Assembly (NCBI GenBank): GCA_963722305.1
Contig: CAVRKE010000002.1
Coordinates: forward strand, 251,878-315,877
Origin: Candidatus Levyibacteriota bacterium
GTDB taxonomy: Bacteria; Patescibacteriota; Microgenomatia; Levybacterales; UBA12049
Length of the DNA: 64,000 nt
Direction of reading: 5' to 3'
Under the pieces are notes generated by a model. That model did not search any database, was not told the DNA's origin, and saw only the letters and a list, made by a program, of their open reading frames with translations. Of this stretch, positions 36,202 through 44,946 are shown piece by piece (the first letter of the stretch is position 1; every line of letters begins with the position of its first letter). A program made the translations under genes and the position numbers.

Positions 36202-37107
36202 TTAACCAAGAACTTGCTTTAATCCTGCTTCTAAAACTCCTTCTTTGGCCATTTTATAATTAACTATACATGGAAACTTATTAAAATAATCTTGCATTAA
36301 TGATTTAGCTGACATCCACCCAAAGCCATCAGTAAATAAAAACAATGATAATGTAAATCCCTGGCTAAAAGTTCTGTTAACATAAGCGCCAGGAACTTCT
36401 AATTTAGTGCCACCTCCTGAAAAAAAATTTGCTTCTATATCAACAAATTTACCTCCTTTATAAACAATAAAATCCATATTCCTACGTAATTCCATAGGTG
36501 GTTCCTTAAAAGATAAGTCTCTTAATACTTTCTCAAATTTTTGTCTTATTTTTACTTGATAACCATTTTTATAAGCTATTTGCATAATTAGAGGTTCTAC
36601 AAACTTTTCCCATTCAACACCACCTCTATTTTTTCTAGCATTTGTGTCCGAACCTACTTCAACACCCATATAATAATCTCTTAAATTTTTTACTTCTTTT
36701 AAAACATTTGCTAACCCTGATTTTCTCCAAAAATCAATATATTCATAAATTTCAATATCTGTTTCTGGAAGCTTTGTAAAATCAAAATTTAAATATCTTC
36801 TCGTATCAGGGTCTTCAATAATAGAAAATTTATCATCTCTTATTGCTAACAATCGAGGGAAAACTCTAATAACTTCAGGATATTTTTTAATTGTTTCGAA
36901 AAATTCCTTAACGTCTGATTGCAAAACAGCTTCTAATATTCCTAATTCTATTTTATATTTTTCTACAAAATCTAATACTTTATCCCAATCCACATAAAAA
37001 CCCCACTCTCTATTTGTTATTAGAAGTGTTGATAAAAAATATTTAACAACGTCGTTAATATCGTTAATTCCTTTTATCTTTTTATAAATATCTATGTTAT
37101 TGTTCAT
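36202..37107 (-). CDS. Type II restriction endonuclease, DpnII/MboI family (GATC-type; specificity is inferred)
   Basis: 301 aa. Blocks recalled from R.DpnII: YPEVIRVFPRLLAIRD, GVEVGSDTNARKNRGG, DFIVYKGGKFVDIEANFFSGGG and FTDGFGWMSAK. It lies directly downstream of a beta-class methyltransferase gene in the same orientation. Confidence 0.65.
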   Translation of the reverse strand: MNNNIDIYKKIKGINDINDVVKYFLSTLLITNREWGFYVDWDKVLDFVEKYKIELGILEAVLQSDVKEFFETIKKYPEVIRVFPRLLAIRDDKFSIIEDPDTRRYLNFDFTKLPETDIEIYEYIDFWRKSGLANVLKEVKNLRDYYMGVEVGSDTNARKNRGGVEWEKFVEPLIMQIAYKNGYQVKIRQKFEKVLRDLSFKEPPMELRRNMDFIVYKGGKFVDIEANFFSGGGTKLEVPGAYVNRTFSQGFTLSLFLFTDGFGWMSAKSLMQDYFNKFPCIVNYKMAKEGVLEAGLKQVLG

Positions 37108-37109
37108 TA

Positions 37110-37941
37110 TTATTTAATATTCTCAAATCTTTTTATTGATAATTTTAGATAATCTTCTTCTTTGTCTATCCCTATAAATTTTCTCCCGTTCATGGCTGCA
37201 ACGATACCTGTTGTCGAACTTCCCGTGAATGGATCCAATATTACATCTCCTTTATTTGTACTTGCAAGTATTATTCTTTCAAGTAATGCAACTGGTTTTT
37301 GTGTTGGATGTTTGCCGTATTTTTTTTCGGAGGGCTTTGGCGTTGTTATGGACCAAACATCCTCTGGAAATCTATCAGAATTATTTTCAAACGCCCATAC
37401 GGAACGCATTTGTTTTCCTGGTTTTTTCATAAAGTCTTCCTGATGCCATTCCCCATTTTTCATTAATTTATAATTGAAAGTGTGCTTAGCATCTTTACTT
37501 TTTCTTGCCCAAATCAAAGTCTCATGGCTTGCGGTAAAATATCTTCCACTTAGATTTGGCGAAGCATTTGGCTTAAACCACGAAATATCATTTAGAATAT
37601 GGTAGCCATTAACTTCTAAAGCATAACCACATCTGTAAATAGAATGATAGGTTCCACTTATCCAGATTGTTCCATTTGGTTTTAATACTCTTTTGCAAGC
37701 CTCTATCCATTTCATATGGAAATATAAGTCCTCTTCCAATCCTTTACTCTTATCCCAATCTCCTTTATGAACACTTACTCTTTTCCTGCATGGACAGTAA
37801 AACCACCATTGGAAAGATTGTACGGAGGATCAGCAAAAATCATATCGAAATGCTCGGGAGGAAATTGTTTCATTAATTCTATAGAATCACCTAAATATAG
37901 AGCAAAATTTTTGTCTTTATCGAGGAAATATGGCTTCTGCA
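37110..37941 (-). pseudogene. Beta-class N6-adenine (N4/N6) DNA methyltransferase, DpnA-like. The reading frame is broken by two 1-nt homopolymer shifts.
   Basis: The N-terminal 55 codons (37941->37777; …FADPPYNLSNGGFTVHAGKE*) carry motif IV DPPY. The body (from 37739; …HPTQKP…DPFTGSSTTG…) carries motif I. Frames differ across 37737-37780. The shifts sit in an A4 run (GGAAAAGAG) and in GATTGGAAG, where an intact copy would read TGGG. Confidence 0.65.
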
Positions 37942-37989
37942 TAAACTTGAACCAATAATAACACTTTGGGAAATTTTTGGAAAGGTATT

Positions 37990-39060
37990 CTAAATAAAGA
38001 AATTGAACCCTTTATCTATTTTCAGCGTATCTGGATTTTCCCCTTCTTCTAAGTGTTTTTTAAGGCCGCTTGTATAAAGCTCTTGCCCCTCTTTCCCTAA
38101 TTTACTCCAAAGAGAATCTGAAAAAACTATGTTTTCGCAATTATTAGCAAGTAAATTTGTCAACAGAATCTTTTTTTGATCATCATTGACCGAAATCAAT
38201 TGTTTTTCTAGGAATGAGTAGTAATCATGGAATTCAGCAAAATAGCTTAACAATACATAAGTCTTCCCATTTTGGGGAAATATCGTAATAAAGAAAATGC
38301 TAGCCGGTTTTTCTAAATCTTGCAGTTGGCTCTTCATATTCCCTTCGAAATCGTAAAGAAAATTTATAGCAGAGCTTACAGAGAATAAATATTCTTCGTT
38401 AAAAGCGATAACTTTTGTTTCTATTAAATCATATTTCTTTTGCTCAAAGCACTCTTTAAATCGGTCGTAAGAAGCGATACTATCTTTTATAGATAGTTCG
38501 CTTCCTGCCACAAATAGAGCGCTATCAATATCTATGATCTGCGCCCTGCTCGTAACATAATTTGATAAAATTTTCAGGTAGGCCTCTTTCGAATATGCCC
38601 TGAAAGCAAACAGGAAATCTTGCTTCTGACTTCCAATTTGATAATCTTTCTCCTCAATTTCTTTAAAAATTAAATTGTCATGAAATTTACAAAAACCTGT
38701 AAAGGTAGTTGCCGAATTCTTGCTAATATCTTTTGCTGAGAGGGTAAATTCAACCGGATCCGTGCTTGGGGTAGGAAAAACCATTTTCACCATACCATTT
38801 TTAGATAATTTTTTTAAAATTTTGTTATTTTGTATTGAGTGTGCGTTAACTATTCCCCCTTTACATTGATCTTTAATTGGATAAAGACAGGTCATTACTT
38901 CTGCATTTTTAAACATTTGGGCCATCTTTACGCTTACAGGTTTCTTCAAACTATCTTGATGTAATTTATTGTTTAAATAACCGCAGGCTTTCCATTTCTT
39001 GCCGCTTCCGCAAATACAAAGCTTGTTCCTTTCAAACCTTAGCTTTAGTTTCTTTTTCAT
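37990..39060 (-). CDS. SEC-C-motif protein with an uncharacterised C-terminal domain
   Basis: 356 aa. N-terminal CICGSGKKWKACGY metal-binding SEC-C motif, then conserved-looking …GGIVNAHSIQNNKIL… and …FTGFCKFHD…. No family assigned. Confidence 0.5.
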   Translation of the reverse strand: MKKKLKLRFERNKLCICGSGKKWKACGYLNNKLHQDSLKKPVSVKMAQMFKNAEVMTCLYPIKDQCKGGIVNAHSIQNNKILKKLSKNGMVKMVFPTPSTDPVEFTLSAKDISKNSATTFTGFCKFHDNLIFKEIEEKDYQIGSQKQDFLFAFRAYSKEAYLKILSNYVTSRAQIIDIDSALFVAGSELSIKDSIASYDRFKECFEQKKYDLIETKVIAFNEEYLFSVSSAINFLYDFEGNMKSQLQDLEKPASIFFITIFPQNGKTYVLLSYFAEFHDYYSFLEKQLISVNDDQKKILLTNLLANNCENIVFSDSLWSKLGKEGQELYTSGLKKHLEEGENPDTLKIDKGFNFFI

Positions 39061-39104
39061 GCTGCTCGGATTATAGTACTATGGGGAATTTTTGGAAAGC
39101 AGGG

Positions 39105-39824
39105 TTAGTTTATTTTGCTTGTGTAGGGTTTTAGTTTTTCTTTTATTTCCAGACATTGCTCGGGAGATAAATAGCCAGTCGAGCACGTTGTTAATAATTT
39201 TTCTAACCACTTTTTACCAATAACATAAACACCATCTACTGGAGCTAATCCAAAATTCATGCGTGTTCTTTTGTTCGCAAAGACTAAGGCGGAAGCAACA
39301 GGAACAGCGTATCCAAGTTGAATCAAAAGATTTTCAACTTCTTTTGATTCGGCATAAGCCTGTTTTAAATCTTTATCTAAATATTTATCGTGAATGATTA
39401 CTCTTTCCGATAAATTTTTAACTTCAATCGTCCAAACTCCTGTTGGCCCAACTACAACACAGTCTATATTTCCTTTTTTATCTCCAATCATTACATCAGA
39501 TAAATAATGAAAACCTTCCGATTTTAACTTATACAAAATGTCTCTAATATCCATTTCTCCATCGTCTCCTTTTATAAAATTTAAATAGATCTTCGCAAAA
39601 AACACCAATAAGCCAAACAAAAAAATATCTACGACTAGAACAACAAGCTGTAAATTAATATTGCCATGCGTATTAATCTTTGAGGTTAAATAAAAAGTTA
39701 TTCCTATGAAACCAAACAATAACGCAGCGAGGGTAATTATTTGAATATTGTAAGAAACTTTTCTCACTGTCTTAATAGAACAACTATTTCCCTTTGAAGT
39801 CAAATTAGAATATGGGAGTGTCAA
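39105..39824 (-). CDS. Membrane-anchored NERD-domain (nuclease-related) protein
   Basis: 239 aa. Two TM helices, then …GEMDIRDILYKLKSEGFHYLSDVMI…NIDCVVVGPTGVWTIEVKN…, matching the NERD pattern. Confidence 0.6.
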   Translation of the reverse strand: MTLPYSNLTSKGNSCSIKTVRKVSYNIQIITLAALLFGFIGITFYLTSKINTHGNINLQLVVLVVDIFLFGLLVFFAKIYLNFIKGDDGEMDIRDILYKLKSEGFHYLSDVMIGDKKGNIDCVVVGPTGVWTIEVKNLSERVIIHDKYLDKDLKQAYAESKEVENLLIQLGYAVPVASALVFANKRTRMNFGLAPVDGVYVIGKKWLEKLLTTCSTGYLSPEQCLEIKEKLKPYTSKIN

Positions 39825-39939
39825 AGATCTCTCTTGTTTCTAGCTTCTTTTTTTATTAAAACACCTGATGAGAATATAGCTTTTTTAATCCAAAAATGCA
39901 ACTAATCATTTTGAATAGGAAGGATATATTTAATACTCA

Positions 39940-40041
39940 TTGACTTACTTTTAATCAGTGTTATAATCGATTCATGAGGTGAATCTGCATCGCAAGGTGT
40001 AGACCACTTCTCCAAAGAAAACTAGTTCGCTAGTTTTTTTT
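39940..40041 (+). ncRNA. Candidate small transcription unit (promoter + about 65-nt RNA + terminator), antisense/adjacent to the DUF3800 3' end
   Basis: TTGACT (39940-39945), 16 nt, TATAAT (39962-39967), then ...AAAACTAG-TTCG-CTAGTTTTTTTT at 40017-40041. The only ORF inside is ATGAGGTGA. Confidence 0.25.
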
Positions 40042-40042
40042 G

Positions 40043-40921
40043 TTATAAGGGATCCATTGTAACCTCTTCTAAATCTACCCCCAAATTTCTTAATTCAGTC
40101 CTAACTTTTTGAATAACTTTAAATCTATTCTTAGGAACATCTGCTAATTCTGCGTTTAATTTTTTAGAAAATCTTAAAGTTTGAAATGAAATATATGAAA
40201 TTAAATCTGCAATTTCAATTCCAGCATCTAAAGATTTCTTATTATGTAGTCTAATGCCTAAAACTTTTTTCCCATAATCCGAATCGATATCAATGTAGGT
40301 ATTGTATATACCTACTAACCTAAGATCAGTCGTTCGATTTGACTCTGCATTTACATAACCAATTGCATCTTCTTCCTTAAGCACGCTTAAATGATAATTT
40401 AATGCTCTTTTTATGGTGAGATCTAATGGAATAAAAATTTTACCGCTTAGTGATTTTTTTAATTTTCTACTAAACTCTTTTTTCTTTAGCTTGTAATCGC
40501 CTGCACTTGAATATGCTGGTGGTTCATCAATATGTAATCTGGATCTAACTTTGGGTAGATCAACATAAAAAGATATTGATTTAAATGTGATATAGCTTAA
40601 GAATTCCATTAATTCTTCTACGGCGTTGTTAAAATTTCGTGAAATAGACAATTCAGTTTTAATAATATGACTTGCCTTAGGATTTTTGCTCTCAAAAAAA
40701 TCAAATGCATGCAAACATTTATAAGGATTCAGTAAATATTTATCTCTCCATTTTTGCATTAGGAGATTTGCTAAAGTTCTCTGTTTTGGATCGATTATTA
40801 CTGCTGTGATAAGAAAGTATCTAAATTTTGACTGTCCAACGTAGGATAATCCTGATTCATCGATATATAAATCAAGTCTAGGATCTTGAATAATTGCATT
40901 TTTCACAATTATATTATACAC
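40043..40921 (-). CDS. DUF3800-family protein
   Basis: 292 aa. N-terminal …LDLYIDESG…, the signature DESG motif. Confidence 0.6.
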   Translation of the reverse strand: MYNIIVKNAIIQDPRLDLYIDESGLSYVGQSKFRYFLITAVIIDPKQRTLANLLMQKWRDKYLLNPYKCLHAFDFFESKNPKASHIIKTELSISRNFNNAVEELMEFLSYITFKSISFYVDLPKVRSRLHIDEPPAYSSAGDYKLKKKEFSRKLKKSLSGKIFIPLDLTIKRALNYHLSVLKEEDAIGYVNAESNRTTDLRLVGIYNTYIDIDSDYGKKVLGIRLHNKKSLDAGIEIADLISYISFQTLRFSKKLNAELADVPKNRFKVIQKVRTELRNLGVDLEEVTMDPL

Positions 40922-41027
40922 CTAAGATTGCACAATGTATATCGTGCCTCGCGTCGCACAAGATTTGCTTTACGTCAAAACGTAATTGAAACTTTTATCG
41001 GTATAATATTTGAGGCTAGAATATGGT

Positions 41028-41052
41028 GTTTGTCAAGTGTCACTTGACAAAC
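41028..41052. promoter_or_regulatory. 25-bp perfect palindrome carrying TTGACA -35 boxes in both orientations, between the divergent DUF3800 and ATPase genes
   Basis: GTTTGTCAAGTG-T-CACTTGACAAAC. The plus-strand promoter continues 17 nt to TAATAT, then 8 nt to the ATG at 41081. Confidence 0.55.
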
Positions 41053-41080
41053 ACCCCCCGTATATGTAATATATGGATAG

Positions 41081-42262
41081 ATGTTTATCTCAAGAAATAT
41101 TTTACCAAAACTTGAACAGGAACTCGAAAAAAAGGAAGCAACCGTAATTACGGGTATGAGAAGAGTTGGTAAGACCACACTTCTCGTTCACCTTTTTGAT
41201 TCAATAGCTTCCAAAAATAAAACGATCTTTGATCTAGAAAATCCCTTGCACAGACATGTTTTTGAGGAAGAAAACTATGATAATATTTGGAATAATTTAG
41301 CTCAATATGGCATAACCAATAAAGAAAAAGCATATCTTTTTATTGATGAAATACAGAACTTACCAACTATCAGCACCGCCATTAAGTATCTGTACGACCA
41401 TTTTGATATTAAATTCGTGCTCACTGGGTCTAGTAGCTATTATCTTAAGAACCTTTTCCCTGAATCACTCAGCGGAAGAAAAGTTGTGCTCGAATTATAT
41501 CCGCTAACTTTTTCTGAATTCCTAAGTTTTAAAGGGGTAGAAAAAAAATATTTTCCAACTTTTGAGGAAAAGATAAAAAGCAAAAATAAAATAAACTTCG
41601 AGCAACACAAAAAGTATTATGATGAATATATTGAGTTTGGTGGATTTCCCGCAGTAGTGTTAGAGGAAAACAGAGAAAGAAAAAAAATTCTTTTGGAGGA
41701 GATTTTTACTTCGTATTTTGAAAAAGATGCCAAAAATCTAGCCGATTTTAAAGACATGGCAAAACTTAGAGACTTAATTTTACTTTTAGTCCCACGCATA
41801 GGACAACGCATAGAAATAGCAAAGCTTGCCTCAAATCTTTCTCTATCGCGAGAAACAGTATATAACTATTTATATTTCCTCGAACAAACATATTTTATTT
41901 CGTTATTGTCGAAGTTTTCAAAAAGTATTGACCGTCAATCATCCGGAGGAAAAAAATTATTCCTATGTGACAGCGGCATTGCTAATATACTTGGAAAAAT
42001 ATCATTAGGACAGCTTTTTGAACAGAGTGTTTTCCAAAATTTAAGACCCTCTTTTACCTTACATTACTATAACAAGGAAGGAAAGAGCGAAATTGATTTT
42101 ATCGTTGACGAAAAAACTGCTTTGGAAGCTAAGCTTACTTTTTCACTCGCTGATCAGGAATACTTAAAAAGAAAAACATATCCTTTGAATTTAAAAGAGA
42201 CTTATATTGTATCTTTGGACTTCAACGATAGCGAAAACTCCCTTCCAGCAACTGAATTATAA
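41081..42262 (+). CDS. AAA_14/DUF4143-type ATPase (archaeal-ATPase-like)
   Basis: 393 aa. Walker A …ITGMRRVGKTTLL…, Walker B …LFIDEIQ…. DUF4143 C-terminal region. Leaderless-type promoter downstream of the palindrome. Confidence 0.8.
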   Translation: MFISRNILPKLEQELEKKEATVITGMRRVGKTTLLVHLFDSIASKNKTIFDLENPLHRHVFEEENYDNIWNNLAQYGITNKEKAYLFIDEIQNLPTISTAIKYLYDHFDIKFVLTGSSSYYLKNLFPESLSGRKVVLELYPLTFSEFLSFKGVEKKYFPTFEEKIKSKNKINFEQHKKYYDEYIEFGGFPAVVLEENRERKKILLEEIFTSYFEKDAKNLADFKDMAKLRDLILLLVPRIGQRIEIAKLASNLSLSRETVYNYLYFLEQTYFISLLSKFSKSIDRQSSGGKKLFLCDSGIANILGKISLGQLFEQSVFQNLRPSFTLHYYNKEGKSEIDFIVDEKTALEAKLTFSLADQEYLKRKTYPLNLKETYIVSLDFNDSENSLPATEL

Positions 42263-42313
42263 ATATAACCCAGATAATCTATGTCGTAAAACTTTTGATT
42301 TAGGACGTGAATT

Positions 42314-43501
42314 TTAAGCTATGAATTCTAAATAATTATGAGGCGTAATAACAGAAAACTTTTCCGACTCTGGATAACTAACCATCCAATCTTTTGGGGG
42401 AAGAACCTCGTTTTTTGTTGACCATTTAAATTCATAAGGAAACAGTTTGCCTTCTCTTTCTTCAATCAAATCTATTTCCCTTTGTTCGTAAGTTCGCCAA
42501 AAGTATGAATATCCATGAATATGTTTATATGATCTTTTTTTCATTCTTTCTATCATCAGAAAGTTTTCCCAAAGACTTCCTATATCATTTCTTGAATCAA
42601 GTCCGTTAAATTGGGAGATTACTGCATTCCGTATACCGTTGTCAAAAAAGAAGTATTTAGACTTGCTTGTTACTTCAGAACGCAAATTTCTGCTGAATGT
42701 GCTCAGGCGGAAAATAATAAAAGCTTTTTCCAAAAGATCCAGATAGCGCCCTACTGTTTTTACATCTATGGCAAGATTTGTCGACAACTCATTTAGGGAA
42801 ACCTCATTCCCTACCTGAAAGGCTAAAAGTTTTAAAAGGTCAAGCAAAGTTTTTGAACCCTTTAATTGTTGAAGAGCAAGTATATCCTTGAAGATGTATG
42901 AATTAACCAGTTCCTCAAGAATTCGTATTTTTTCTTCTTTTGTTTTAGCAGTAATAACCTGAGGATAACTTCCTAGAACAAGATACTCTTCCAATTTTTC
43001 TTTTAAATCATGACTATTATGCTCTGGCAGAAGTTCAAGTTGGGCAATCGGATATAAAGTCAGGGTAGTTTTTCTGCCCATCAGGGGTTCGCCGATTTGG
43101 TTTGAAAGATCGAAAGACGACGAACCCGTTGCGATAACTTTGAGATTCGGCACCTGGTCGACAAGTATTTTGATACCCATTCCGATATTCGGAATGTATT
43201 GCGCTTCGTCAAGCACAATCAGGTCATAACCCTGTGCGTATTCAAGTATTCGCGTGAAATCTTGAGACCCCAACAAATCCTGGATACGGATATTATCGCC
43301 CGAATCCAGCTTATATTTTAAGGTGGTGTTTTTTATAAAATTCTCCAACAGCGTTGTTTTTCCGACTCTTCGGGGACCATAGATGATTAACGCTTGGTTC
43401 GCTTTAAGAAATGGGTTCAAATCATCGTAAAAATGGGCAATCATAGGAAAAATATACCATAATTCCACAAATTTGTCAAATTTTATGGAGTTCAATTCCA
43501 T
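42314..43501 (-). CDS. AAA_14/DUF4143-type ATPase, second copy, convergent with the first. The true start is probably MIAHFYDD, about 43444.
   Basis: 395 aa. …IIYGPRRVGKTTLLENF…, …LVLDEAQYIPN…. A divergent paralog of 41081..42262. Confidence 0.8.
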   Translation of the reverse strand: MELNSIKFDKFVELWYIFPMIAHFYDDLNPFLKANQALIIYGPRRVGKTTLLENFIKNTTLKYKLDSGDNIRIQDLLGSQDFTRILEYAQGYDLIVLDEAQYIPNIGMGIKILVDQVPNLKVIATGSSSFDLSNQIGEPLMGRKTTLTLYPIAQLELLPEHNSHDLKEKLEEYLVLGSYPQVITAKTKEEKIRILEELVNSYIFKDILALQQLKGSKTLLDLLKLLAFQVGNEVSLNELSTNLAIDVKTVGRYLDLLEKAFIIFRLSTFSRNLRSEVTSKSKYFFFDNGIRNAVISQFNGLDSRNDIGSLWENFLMIERMKKRSYKHIHGYSYFWRTYEQREIDLIEEREGKLFPYEFKWSTKNEVLPPKDWMVSYPESEKFSVITPHNYLEFIA

Positions 43502-43678
43502 AGATTAAGCCTATTTTACGTATAATTTATGGATTGAGCCTGACCATGAATAGGCATATCCCGGTTTTAGCGTCGTACAAAAATTTGGTTTACGTCAAGC
43601 TTACAAACAATTGAGCTTAACAACTCTAGTTTTTATACGCCTTGACAAAATTTCATAGTTATGCTATTCTGTACGTAT

Positions 43679-44212
43679 ATGTACAGGATAAATGAACTGT
43701 TGAAGCTAGATCGAAAAATATATCATAGCAACGATTTGGCTATTCTTTGGGAAATTACAAATAAAAATACCCTTTATACAACAATAAAACGTTATGTAAA
43801 AAAGGGGGTTCTAATTCCTGTTTTTAAGGGACTTTATACCACGATTCCCACTACTCAACTTGATCCGTTAGTCCTTGGCACTGCGATTATCCACAGGTAT
43901 ACTTACCTAAGCACCGAATCGGTACTTGTAACACACGGGGTTATTTCGCAAATAACTTACAACTATACCTTCATAAGTAGCCTATCGAAAAAGGTGACTA
44001 TTGAAGATCGAACATTTTTGTTTCGAAGATTAAACCCAAAATTTCTTAATAATCCATTCGGAATCGAAAAAAGAGGAGACGTTTACGTTGCGACTCTTGA
44101 ACGTGCGGTATCGGACATGCTTTACTTCGATCCAAAGTATACATTTGATGTTAAAAAACAAATTGACTGGAAAAAAGTCAAACAAATTCAAAAGGAAGTA
44201 GGATACGTATGA
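43679..44212 (+). CDS. AbiEi-like antitoxin (wHTH + C-terminal domain) of a type IV TA/abortive-infection pair. Start taken at MYRINEL.
   Basis: TTGACA-N17-TATTCT promoter at 43642-43670. 4-nt overlap with the downstream AbiEii gene. Typical size and position. Confidence 0.55.
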   Translation: MYRINELLKLDRKIYHSNDLAILWEITNKNTLYTTIKRYVKKGVLIPVFKGLYTTIPTTQLDPLVLGTAIIHRYTYLSTESVLVTHGVISQITYNYTFISSLSKKVTIEDRTFLFRRLNPKFLNNPFGIEKRGDVYVATLERAVSDMLYFDPKYTFDVKKQIDWKKVKQIQKEVGYV

Positions 44213-44946
44213 TTAACTTAAGACCTCAAGATACAATCCATAAATCCTATTTAAACAGGATCTTAATTGAAGTAATAGATAATCCGATTCTCTCCCAAAA
44301 TTTAGCTTTTAAAGGAGGTACCTGTGCATCCATGCTTGGGTTTCTAGACCGTTTCTCCGTCGACTTGGATTTTGATCTTATTACCGATTTTGACAAAAAA
44401 ATAATCAGAAAAGAGTTTCGACAAGTTTTTAAGAAATTAGATTTGAACATTACAATGGAATATACAAATGTAATATTTTTCCTGGTTAAATATCCAAGTG
44501 CTATAGCAAACCAAAGAAATTCTATTAAAATCAGCTTAAACGACGTAAAGATTAAATCCAACGAATATAAAGTTCAATTTTTCCCTGAAATAGATAGGCT
44601 AATGAATAGCCAGACGATAGAAGCAATGTTTGCCAATAAATTAGTCGCTGCAACTGATAGATATCGAAGATTTCATACTATTGCTGGTCGTGATATTTAT
44701 GATATTCATCATTTTTATACGAGAGGTTATAAATATAAAAGTGAAATTATTAAAGAACGAACCGGTCTTACTAGTTCTGTATACTTAAATAAATTAATCG
44801 AATTCATTAAAGAACACGTTAATCAAAAGATAGTTGACGAAGACCTTAATACGCTACTTCCAAACGATTATTTTCAGCAAATACGTAAAATTCTTATTCC
44901 CGAAACATTATTTTTTCTTTCTGAAAACAAAACTAATAAAATATAA
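44209..44946 (+). CDS. AbiEii/AbiGii-family nucleotidyltransferase toxin (DUF1814)
   Basis: 245 aa. Signature …LAFKGGTCASMLGFLDRFSVDLDFD…. Confidence 0.8.
   Translation: MINLRPQDTIHKSYLNRILIEVIDNPILSQNLAFKGGTCASMLGFLDRFSVDLDFDLITDFDKKIIRKEFRQVFKKLDLNITMEYTNVIFFLVKYPSAIANQRNSIKISLNDVKIKSNEYKVQFFPEIDRLMNSQTIEAMFANKLVAATDRYRRFHTIAGRDIYDIHHFYTRGYKYKSEIIKERTGLTSSVYLNKLIEFIKEHVNQKIVDEDLNTLLPNDYFQQIRKILIPETLFFLSENKTNKI

Noticed and set aside
40975-41178. Minus-strand 67-aa ORF
   Set aside because: It spans the 25-bp palindrome/promoter and the 5' end of the plus-strand ATPase gene, so it is a shadow ORF.
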